From assembly GCA_951804945.1 (NCBI GenBank), contig OX638157.1, forward strand, positions 55,180,001-55,244,000: a stretch of DNA of 64,000 nucleotides, given 5' to 3'. This DNA comes from Podarcis cretensis. Its lineage: Eukaryota. Positions 1 to 11,199 of this stretch are shown piece after piece. Each line of letters opens with the position of its first letter. The first letter of the stretch is position 1. Position numbers and translations under genes: made by a program. The notes beneath the pieces were generated by a model, which saw nothing but the letters and a program-made list of their open reading frames with translations, was not told where the DNA came from and made no database searches.

Positions 1-443
1 AACTTTTTAAAAGCCAAAACAAGTGCCGCTTCATGATACCTCTGGAATGTGTGTGTCTCAAAATGGAAATAAGTTGCCTTTAGTAAAGCTAAAAGGCAGT
101 TCTTTGGAAAAGATGGGGGCATGATAATATGGCTTTAGGAATCTACATGGATGTTTTTGTGAATGAAGGGAAACTTGAAAGGAGCCAGGATTGAACTGGT
201 TCTATCAATAAAGCCAACACAACATAATGGGTTATAGAACTGATTGAAAAATAAGATACGAGTTAAATAGAAACAAACATATGTTTAAAACAAAATGTCC
301 GAGGACCAGCTCTAAGCCCACTGTTGGCTTAAATGTGGCACATATTTTATTATTATTTTATTAAATACACCTCACTCTTCCTTCAAAGAGCTGAAAGTTC
401 AGGCACTGTATGACCAACAGTAGTCACAGCAATTTTAGACCTA

Positions 444-685
444 CAGTGGTACCTCGGGTTAAGTACTTAATTCATTCCAGAGGTTCATTCTTAACCTGAA
501 ACTGTTCTTAACCTGAAGCACCACTTTAGCTAATAGGGCCTCCTGCTGCCGCCACGCCGCCAGAGCACGATTTCTGTTCTCATCCTGAAGCAAAGTTCTT
601 AACCCGAGGTACTATTTCTGGGTTAGCGGAGTCTGTAACCTGAAGCATATGTAACCTGAAGCATATGTAACCTGAGGTACCATTG
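444..685. mobile_element. Tigger/pogo-type MITE (TIR CAGTGGTACCTC, TA TSD)
   Basis: ta|cagtggtacctc...gaggtaccattg|ta. Confidence 0.85.
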
Positions 686-2232
686 TACAGCAAATGCTGA
701 AGTGAGAAGGACAATTTCTGTTTGTGTATAAGTGAACCTATACATTATTTTATTTGCCAAACTTGTTCTTATGTTCCCTCATTTTCTATTGTGTAAAAAA
801 AAAAAACTTGAAATGTTGCCTCAGCAGTTGCAAGCCTTCAGGTACTTTTCTATCCTGCCCACCACCAAGGCAGCTTTTCACAAATACATCCATCCTCAAA
901 AGTGTGTTGCTGAAGACATTCAACAGTTGACTGAGGCCCATTCTCCATAGCAAGAGTGACATTGTTATCCATATTAGCACTCAAGCAGAGAGTGCCAGAT
1001 GGTTGGCTGCCTATGTTATCTATTTCAGGGGGTTATTTGCCTCACCATCATGTTGATTTTCTTGTATTCTTGCAGGACTGACTATTGGGAGACTTGTGCT
1101 CCCCTGTTTAGAGTGCTACACTTGGTTCACGCCATCAACTGCAAAATGTAGACTCTACCACACCACACTGAACCCAAACAGGTAAACGCACGCGCACACA
1201 CAAGTCACAGGTAGCATTTGCATGGCTGGTAAAATAGAGCTATATGCAGAAATAACCTGTCTCCGCATGTAGATTTCAGCTGTTCTGCTATTTGTTGAGT
1301 TGCTCTTGAACCTTAGAGAGAAGAACATAACACTCTTTACCTCCATTCCAGTAAACAAAACCATTCCTAAGCACTGCAGACGTCCAGTCAGTTATGTTTA
1401 AGAGCCCCATCAATACCAATAGATCAATAGACCAATACTGGTTAACAGTAGCTAAGGAAACTTGGCTATACAGCTTGAGTCTAAAGAGGAAAGAGATTAT
1501 CCACAATTAATGATGGGTGATTCTGCCAATTTCAATTTCTCTGTGTTTCTTGTTTTCCCAATATTAAGTTGATTTCTTCACGTTTTCACAACTGATTTAA
1601 AACAAACAAACAAAAAGGTCTTCATGAAAATTCATCAGCATTTTGGTACGGATTTATCCTAACATATACCTCCTTGAATGCAATTTTTCCTAATGCACAC
1701 TTTTCTTTTTTTTTGCAAAGTGATCTCCCCTAATGTAACACATTTTGGTTTGCTAATTTCACTACTACGTGCATTTTTCTGCATGCATTATTTGGCTGGA
1801 GAACTACATCACAAAATTTACAGTTCAAAGCATGGTTGAGTTTTAGTCTGCGTATTGTTTCAGAAAGTGTGAATTAGCTAGGTTCACCTTTAAATCCCAA
1901 CTGAATCAAATCAAGGAATCAACTACACTAGTCAAAAAACAGCATTTTGTATATGTTATAAACACACAATACTAGGTGGTGCTGGGGAGGAAAACAAATT
2001 TCTTTGCAATTTCCCATAGCATTTTTTTTCTTTTTTTCTTTTTGTAATGATTTAATTTCTGACTTCTTTATAGCATTTTTTCCCCTGTGTGTAGATCCAC
2101 CCAGTATCTCTTGCCCATAAACATACCGTCATAGAAAGATGGGAAACATTAACAAGGACCAAAATGGATGATACATTAAATATGTGACTGCATTTAACAT
2201 GCCTGGCTTCTTAAATTTTTAAAATAGTAGCG

Positions 2233-2235
<3 letters not shown>

Positions 2236-2267
<32 letters not shown>

Positions 2268-2276
2268 CGTGCGTGC
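2236..2276. repeat. (TG)n/(TGCG)n microsatellite
   Basis: Read directly from sequence. Confidence 0.9.
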
Positions 2277-4139
2277 ATGTCTAGGCTGATAAAGCTCAGG
2301 ATTAATCCTCCCCCCTTTTCTTGTCACAGTCCTGACAAAAATTGCCCCTCAAACTGCTAATTCATCCTTCCAGGGAGCTCCCAACTGGCATTTTGTCCCT
2401 CATTGAGCTGCTGATGTAGTAACAAGTATCTGTTAAACTGTGACAAAGGCTTCCTATTTGGTATGCCTGCTGCTAGTAGATTTGCTAATCATTTCAGGTG
2501 AACAGATTATAAGGCCATTTTCCACTTTCTCTTTTCCTGATATTGCTAGAACATCTTGCAGAAGGCCTTTTTAACCAATTTGGTTGACATGATGAGAAGG
2601 CTGCCAGTTTCCATTTTGTTCAAATTTAGTTTCTTACTGATGAATATCTTTTCTGGCAAGGTCAGACAATGTGCATTTAAAATAGGCTGCTATGGAATTT
2701 TGAGAACATTGCTACTGAAACACTTGAAAGTGCTGTGTATAAAAATTGATTCAGATATTCAACTGGCAAAATATTACCGTTTTTTCCATAGATGTGAAAC
2801 AAAAGAACATGAGGACAGGAATGGTCAAGAATGTCATCGGCCTTAATTTTCCACGCTCTTATTTGAACGTATGAATAGAAGACTCTTACGCTCCGCTCTA
2901 ACTATCTCTTGTGAACTCCAGTGCATACAACACACACAAAACAGCTCCCTCACCTGCTAGGGCTTCCATATTCACTTCAATGGAGGGGGAAATGCAGAAT
3001 GCAGAAAAGCACATGCACAGGAGTTCCACGTGCTACATTTCACAGACTGTATGGGACTCTAGGTTGCAATACAAGTGCTCATTTTATTTGCAAATGTCAA
3101 CATTAAAAGCATTGGACATAAGCTTATTCTTCTGGCCAGCCCTGGATTTTCATAATAGGCTGGTGTACAAAGTCTTGGTCAGAGTTCTTCAATGCTATTC
3201 AACAGCAGTAGCAACAAATGCTGCTTGCTTTCAAATTCCATCCACTATTGCTTCCAAGCTTGGGAGAAAACAAGGTGGTCGTGGTAGCTCCTTAATGAAT
3301 TTCAGAAATGGGTAGGTTACCCCTTAGCCTGTTTAATTTGTGTGGGAGTCTATGCCCCTTTGTTATAGGTCACAGCTCTGAGTAGAGAGACATATTCAGG
3401 CTCTATGGAAACATATTTTCATTTACCCTCTGTGAAGAGCTTGGAAAGTTCATTTAAAATAGGAACTCCATCTCATTCAAGCTCCACATGTCCACAAAGG
3501 AACTAATTCCAGATCATGTCCATCATAGGAGCCAACTTCTAGAGTCTGAGGTCTATATGGCCCCCCTCTAAAATATTTGAGGAGGTCGGGGGGGCCCAAA
3601 AGTTGATGGGCATTGCCATTCAAATGCGTGTTACGTCTTGTGATTGATTATATGGGGAAGGGCTTACCTGCCTCCCCCCATATTTTGTTGAAGTTGTCCC
3701 CTCAGTGTCCACCCCAAACTAGTTCAGTTTATGTTCAATTCACAGTTCACTTCAAGTTCACCTGAATGATTCTTGGCGAAGTGTTTTCAGCATTCAGAAT
3801 GTTACAAGCTGGGGTGCCGAAGCCTAAACTGTAGCTAAGATGACTAAGAAAACATCAACACACACAGAGAGAAGTATGTGGCTTCTTTAATGTACTTTCC
3901 CCAACAATTATTTTCTTTAAGCTTAAAGGATCTAAAGAGCAAAAAACAGACATAAGAGAATGCACTTGAAGTTGAACTAGAAATCGTAAGCAAGTGCTGC
4001 CGCCAAATTAATGTAATTCACATTCACCCAGCAATTACTTTCAGGTATAGTTCAAAGATTTTTTAAACTTCATTAAACTGAACTAGGTGATTCCAAATAC
4101 TGCACCTGCAACACAGAATGTGGCAGAGTGTAACCAGCA

Positions 4140-4490
4140 GGTAAAGGTAAAGGTAAAGGGACCCCTGACCATTAGGTCCGGTCGTGGCCGACTGCGGTTG
4201 CGGCACTCATCTCGCTTTATTAGCCGAGGGAGCCAGCGTACAGCTTCCAGGTCATGTGGCCAGCATGACTAAGCTGCTTCTGGAGAACCAGAGCAGTGCA
4301 TGGAAATGCTGTTTACCTTCCCACCAGAGTGGTTCCTATTTATCTACTTGCACTATGATGTGCTTTCAAACTGCTAGATTGGCAGGAGTAGGGACCGAGC
4401 AATGGGAGCTCACCCCATTGTGGGGATTCGAACCGCCAGCTTTCTGATCAGCAAGTCCTAGGCTCTGTGGTTTAACCCACAGCGCCACCG
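4140..4490 (-). mobile_element. Sauria SINE
   Basis: tRNA-like head ggtggcgctgtgggttaaacc...ggttcgaatcccc and (ACCTTT)n tail on minus. Confidence 0.9.
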
Positions 4491-5854
4491 TACTCATTAT
4501 CAAAATCCTGAAGTACAGCACAGTTGCTAGCCCCAAAGAACAATAGAGAAACAAAACCCCAAAAAAGGATGTGAGGGTCAACTTCAAATTATGGATGAAT
4601 ATCCTGTCAGGATTGATGGAAGTCAAAAATTTGAATAAGATGTAAAAGTATGTTTAATTACTGTTGAAAATGATATGTTTTAAAAAAACAACTAATAAAA
4701 ATTATATTTTTTAAAAAAATATTATGGATCAATATGCAGAGCAGAAAATAAATGTACATATTGGCCACCTAAAGTGGGGGGGGGGGAACTGCCCTCCTGA
4801 AAATAAACAAGACACATGTCTGACAGACATCCACAGACCCATTGCTAGCCAGGTTCTTAGTAAAACATGCCTTTGCACATGTGTAAATTGCTCTCCTTTG
4901 GGATGAGCGACACTCACAGCTCCAGTAGTCAACCATTGTTATGGACAGATGAAGCAGATTGAATGTTGTTTCCCAGCAGGGCGTGAAGATGTGTTTTGCA
5001 CAGATTGTGAAGGAGTGGGGGAAATGGCACTGACTTCTCAGCAAATGTGCATTTACTCAACCTTTGTCCCACTGAAGACAGTGGGACTTATTTCTGAATT
5101 TTCGCGCTTAAGACTTAGGGTGCTTAGGATTGCTGCGCATTCAGCTGATTTCAACTGGTGAGAGTCTAGTACGTATTTAACATCTTTAGGGCTTGGAGTA
5201 ATTTGCCTTAGTCCTGCTAGCATGGGTATGACCAGATTTACGTTGGAGGGGGCTCCAGAACCAAGCAATCTGTGACGCAATCGGTCAGTTAGTTAAGCAT
5301 TTTTATTTATTTGATTGATTGGGAGGGGACTGCCCCCTGCCCCACGCTATGTGCATGCCTGCTATATTCACAAAGAAATTGACTTCTGTGATAAGCCTGG
5401 CTGCAGGAGGAATCCTACCTGAGAACAAACGCTGCATAAATGATTTGCAGTCTGATCCACTGGTCAGGGCTGTATATGTGTAGCCTTGGCTAGAGATGTT
5501 GAATAGCATCTTTCAGCTGTTTAGGAGGGGGGAGAGGGGGGGAGGGAGAGAGAGAGTAGGGGGCTGGCTGTGCATTCATAAACACACATACAGGCTTACA
5601 TGGGACAGAGCCTTATACTAAGCAGGCCATTGGTTCATCTATCTCACTACTGAATGCACTGACGGTTTTGACTGCGTTATGCCTGATTTTGTAAGAAAAC
5701 TAGAAAAGGGAAACCTAGCATAGTAATTTTACCATTAAAAAACCCCAGTATAATTATCTGTATTTATTATCCAACTCAAATCATGAGATACAGCAAGGAA
5801 AAAACATGTTGAACTGTATATTATAATATTTAAATATTATTTCCATCTTCTGGC

Positions 5855-5860
5855 TTTATT
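5855..5860 (-). terminator. Candidate distal poly(A) signal AATAAA
   Basis: Minus-strand ...gcaggtAATAAAgccag at the end of an AU-rich block (about 5850-6300). Confidence 0.5.
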
Positions 5861-7786
5861 ACCTGCCACAAAAAGAATATTGTAGTTAATGTAAAACACA
5901 GATATACCCTAACCCCTAAGTTGTTTTTTAAAAAATATTCACCAGTAATGCAAAAATTCTGTCCATACAAACATCAGCTCCAAACATTCCAGTTATACAT
6001 TAATACTAGCTTCTTTTTATTTATTTTAAAAAGAGGTTTAACATATATCCTTAAAATGTTTGGCAGCAACCTTTGCAATGTACAAAACATCTGTATTACA
6101 CTGATTAACACTGAACTAGAAAGTGCATTTATTCACAACCAGAGCAGCCTAGCTTGTCAGAAAAGTGATGGTCACACCTCGAGAGAAATGCTGTGCAATA
6201 TAGCAAAGCAAGTAAAGGATTTCATTCACAAAAGGATCATATCCTAACCCCATGGGAGTCAATAGGACAGTTGTATTTTGATGTAAATGGGCTTTAATGG
6301 AAAGAGCCCCAGTGATTCCAGCTATTGATGAGACAAGCTAGCATTGTTCCAGTCCCAACATAAGGAATAGTTTTTATATTCTGTATTCTGAGGCAAGATC
6401 TACATGCTGTGGGCTGCTGTACACATGCCTGTTAATCACTTGATCAAATGATGCCTCACAGATGTGAATGTACTAACACAGATCAAAAGTCAGACACAAC
6501 TTTCACATCATTGCCTAAAGTGCAATGCTTCTCAGATGATGTCCAGCTAGGTGAATGAAGTATGCTAAGCCTTGGCCTCACACACTCCTCCTGCTTTGCT
6601 TCTTTTGTGGCCATAATATTAGTTTTAAACAAACCACAGTCCCCCCATTATGTAGAAACTTGGGGAACTTTGGTTTGTTTAAACTCCAATAAGTTCCAAA
6701 AACAAAATGAAAGCTGGGAGGAAACTGTGGTTTCTAATCCTGGTTTATTTCCTAACTGTAGTTTAAACAAACCATAGTTTCTGCATAATGGGAATCTGTG
6801 TTTTGTTTTAAAACAGGAGTAGATGCGTCCACAATCTCCTCCTCAGAACAACAAAAGACGAGGGTTTCCCATTACATCTGAAACAGGTCTGAGCTGGTCG
6901 ACATATCAAGCTGTCAGAAAGAAACCACTGAGGAATCAAGTGATGCATGTGTGTGTGTGTGCAATGACAAAGACGACAGGCACAATTTGAGGTCTTCTTG
7001 ATATAAACCCAACACTTCCATCCTTTGCTTCAGCGAGTAGCCTAGTCAGGAACCTGCAGACGAACGTATTTGTTCACAGTAACTCAACAGCATCAGTTAC
7101 TCCATTTAAATAGCCCTCAACCATTCTGCATATAGGGACCTTCGATGTATTTATATTGTGTTCTTGCACTGAACACAAAATGTGTACATTTTGCCTTCCT
7201 GAAATACTGAGCTCTAGATAATTAATATCACTGGTATTATTGGGTCAATGGTTTTTCGATGTTTAGCAGAACATAAATAGGTACATAGACATTGAATCAT
7301 GGGGGAATGAAAAAGAACAGAGTTAATCACTCAAACTGATATACATATATTTAAGGATTCAACAAATCCATGAGGCCTAGCTGAATCGAAGGACATTAGC
7401 TATAATTAACTCTTTTTCAGAATATATTACTGAGTATCAGATATTGGGGACAAGCAAGCAAGAGCTATTGCCTTTGTAGCTAGCCAGGGACATTTGGTTG
7501 GCTACTGTTTGAAACTGATTGACCTTTGGTCTGATCAGGAATGATTCTTCTTATGCTATATTCAGGACTATGTATATTTTTATACATTTGACGGCACTGT
7601 GCAAGGGTGGGATTTGGCATCTTGTTGAGAAGTCCGAATTCTTCAAATTGTTTTTAAATATATATATTTCTAATCTTTGTTACCACTGACATGTTTGGAA
7701 AAGATGTGGGGAATGCCTGCTATAAAATTTAATTTGTCAAAATTGGGTCTGAGCAGGACTTCAACTGGTCAGGAATACACACAGGC

Positions 7787-7822
7787 TTTATTAATCTATG
7801 TACAGGTGTCTGTTTATGTACA
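7787..7822 (-). terminator. Candidate proximal poly(A) signal with two upstream UGUACAUA motifs
   Basis: tttatt at 7787-7792; tatgtaca at 7797-7804 and 7815-7822 on +. Confidence 0.5.
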
Positions 7823-9218
7823 CAGAGTATCCACAGCCCTGTTGAATAAATGGAATATTCATGCAAGCAAGACTCTCTCTACTCTGTTAGATCACCGCAA
7901 AGATAAAACAATTTATGGCACTTTAAAGAATATCCAATTATGCTCATGTAAGGTGCTACAAAGTAGTTCTAAATGCACTGTTTCCTGTCCCAAATGCACA
8001 GTAAATGGTGTTCTCACCAATACTGTAAGATCACCACAAAGTAACAAAGGTACACAACACATGCGCACAAGAAAGATTTTCATTCCCAGATGGAAAACCA
8101 AGATGCAAGTTCCAACAGTGTTGAATTATGGCAAAATAAGCAGCACAGCAGTAAAACTGTAATTAGATCTCTATTCAGAAAGTACTAAAAGGGGCTCTTT
8201 CCTAATAAATACATGCATATTTTTTTAAAATAGAAAAAATGATGTATATCTCTTCTGGAATTTTCTCACTTGAAGTCATACTCAGATCTGCACAAATCCA
8301 GGGTATATGTCAGCATGAAGTAGCTTTTGCACAATTCATTTATTGTACTCCTATTCGTTTCTTGTATTGCAAACGTGAATATCTTACAGGGTATTTATTT
8401 GCCTTTTATTTTGATCGAAGACCATGCACTGCACCTTACAAGTGTCAAGACAATCCAACTCTGCAATTTTAGATCCATTAATTCAGCAAAGTAGAAATTA
8501 TTCCCATTCCTCTTCTGATATTTGCATTTAAACATGACTTATGCAATAATATTTTTAAACAGCTATTGAATAGCTAGAGTGCATTTATCATAACTAACAG
8601 GGAACACCTCAAAACATTCATATAGTCTTAAAACACAAATTCATGCTAGTAAATGCTCATGGCTGTTGATGCTGTTAATTCCTGCAGGGCCAAATGCTCT
8701 TCATTATTACACAACAAGCAAAATGCTTGTGAATATGATGAGCAAAAGAGCCAGAGATATTTGTATATTGCAGGTTCTACTGGTGGCATGCAGAGACACG
8801 TATTTCCTCAAATGGGAATCTCACTCAGCACAACTTTGGCAGCCCAGTGTTTGGGCCAGAGAGCATGTTTGGCCGCCACTGCATATCCTCGAGATGGGAG
8901 CAAAATCTGCCCTTCACCCCCGGGAAACTTTCTATTGGATCAGCAGCTCTGTATTTTACCCAACAGCTTTGCCAATTTGGGCCAGTTTTCTTCGTACTTA
9001 ATGGGAGTAGCTGAAATTGGACCAGGTCCTATTTACTTTAGGTTTCCGGCGTTTGTCACACTAGAGCGTGACAAACAGATGGTACCTAAAAACTGATTTT
9101 TATTACATACGGCTACAAATGTACCAGTTACAGATAGGTAGCCGTGTTGGTCTGCCATAGTCAAAACAAAAAAAATTCCTTCCAGTAGCACCTTAAAGAC
9201 CAACTAAGTTAGTTCTTG

Positions 9219-9256
9219 GTATGAGCTTTCGTGTGCATGCACACTTCTTCAGATAC
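9219..9256 (-). ncRNA. Minimal type I hammerhead ribozyme motif, sense to USP46 mRNA
   Basis: Exact reverse complement of 9615-9652. Confidence 0.75.
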
Positions 9257-9614
9257 ACTGAAACAGAAGTTTCCAGACCCTTCTATATAGTGAGAAGGTG
9301 GGGAGGGGTATTACTCAGAAGGGTGGTGGGAATGGGTGATTGGCAGATAGCTGTGATGAGCCTGTTGACGACTCTTAACGACTGCAATAGGTCTTACAGG
9401 AAAAAGCAAGGGGTGAGAAGGTGAAAAATGGCTTTGTCATGTATAATGAGATAAGAATCCAAGGTCTTTGTTCAGACCAGGACTCTCCATGGTTAAGAGT
9501 CGTCAACAAGCTCATCACAGCTATCTGCCAATCACCCATTCCCACCACCCTTCTGAGTAATACCCCTCCCCACCTTCTCACTATATAGAAGGGTCTGGAA
9601 ACTTCTGTTTCAGT

Positions 9615-9652
9615 GTATCTGAAGAAGTGTGCATGCACACGAAAGCTCATAC
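9615..9652 (+). ncRNA. Minimal type I hammerhead ribozyme motif (PLE-associated)
   Basis: GUAU-CUGAAGA-A-GUGUGC AU GCACAC-GAAA-GC-UC-AUAC. Confidence 0.75.
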
Positions 9653-11097
9653 CAAGAACTAACTTAGTTGGTCTTTAAGGTGCTACTGGAAGGAATTTTT
9701 TTTGTTTTGGCTACAAATGTAGTACATCTTTGTGCAATGGCACATAATTTGGCTCTCAGTGCAATCGGTGCCATCTGTCCAAGTCCAGAGCTCTGCATAA
9801 TATGATGGATATTCACTTAAATCCAGGGATTCCGATCTGCCTGTAGGATCACTTATGTGCCCATGATGGATCCCCAAACACCAGGAAGAATGAGAAACTC
9901 CTCTTTGCACGGAGCTCTGCACCAAAATCCTATGGAGCTTTGGATCATGGTCACTATTGCTTAATTGGATTGTACAACCAATACTTGCTTGCATGCATGA
10001 TACTCATATAGACATGTGCAAACTCAGGTAAGCAAGGACATTTTGTGGTATTTCTTTGGGATAAAAGGATACTATCACTCATCACACAGTGAAAGTAACA
10101 TGGAAGAGCAACTCCCCCCCCCTTTTCTTTTCAGTGCAAAATCTCCTAAAGCCTTTTACAGTGTGGGAATCCAAAGGAGCAGTTTGGCTGATCTGTGCTG
10201 TCACATGATAAACAGGAAGACTGGTGGAATTTGGTTCAAACAGGACTGAGCGACGTTGTGTTTTGTGGCTGCCAATTTGATATTGTTTCATGACCCAAAG
10301 CTTGTGGGGGATCGGGAGATAATAATTTTCTAGTTGAAGAGTACCATGTGACACAATCCACAATCCAATCAGATTGAGGATCCATGAATATGAGTTACAT
10401 TTCAGTAGGTATCTAAAGCAGCAATTTCCCAAACGTTCCAACTTAAGGGAACACTTTTCACATTGATTGCTCTGCCTAGGAACCCTTGTGCATTTGCCAG
10501 AGTTCTTGTAAAAGAGTAAGGTATTCTAGGCTGCACATTTCATTTGGAGTGTTGGCTAGGTTTCCTGGGGCTCACTACTGTCCTGTGTGAACACTGAGAG
10601 TGCCTCCTAGGACACAGCCCAGTTCTCCCCACAGTTGCCCTTTAAAGGTGAAGATTGGTAGCTGCAGACAAGCTGCCATTAAGGGATGGATGTCTACCAT
10701 TACTATTGCATCTTCTCATTGAGGAACCCGATAGGCATCTCAGGAATCCCAAGGTTCCTCAAAACATGGTCTGAAAACCACTAGCCTAAAGGAATGGTTC
10801 TTTAGAAACAGAGAACAAATGGTCCTTGGTGGTGGTGCAAACATCTATGCCACATTATACCTCAGTTCAGCAGGATTCAGCAAATGAACACGAGCTGTAT
10901 AAATTTGTTCTTGCAGTAGTTAATGAGATTCAGACTAAAGAAAAAAAGATCTTCCAGTCAAAGATGGAGAGTCTTAGTTCAATTTCGGCATGAGCTTATC
11001 ACTGTCATACTGTATTGGATGAGTCTACATGGAAGTCAGTTAACAGTGTTGGTCAGTTTCTCCTCTCGGGGTGGAAAAAGTCAAGTGTCTTCCCAAG

Positions 11098-11199
11098 TCA
11101 CTCTCTTGACTGATAAAATAAAATATATCCAGATTCTGAATTTTTAGATATATCAGAGGTCAGACCATAAAATTCTTCAATAGCCTGCGCATCGATTTT
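11098..11199 (-). CDS. USP46: USP46 exon 9 coding part ([33 protein letters not shown])
   Basis: Acceptor tttgcag|AAA; TGA at 11100-11098. Confidence 0.97.
   Translation of the reverse strand, partial: KIDAQAIEEFYGLTSDISKNSESGYILFYQSRE

Larger units (their letters stand above)
9124..9709. mobile_element. Penelope-like element remnant forming a 218-bp inverted repeat (9162-9379 / 9492-9709)
   Basis: Arms differ by one mismatch; TSD ggctacaaatgta at 9111-9123 and 9709-9721; PLE terminal motif gtctttaaggtgctactgga. Confidence 0.85.
5835..11097 (-). other. USP46: Predicted long USP46 3'UTR
   Basis: No minus-strand AATAAA seen between the stop and about 9710. Candidate signals at 9099-9104, 7787-7792 and 5855-5860 lie in AU-rich, repeat-poor context. 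Confidence 0.6.

Noticed and set aside
9221-9650. Twin ORFs [12 protein letters not shown] on both strands
   Set aside because: Artefact of the inverted repeat; not genes.
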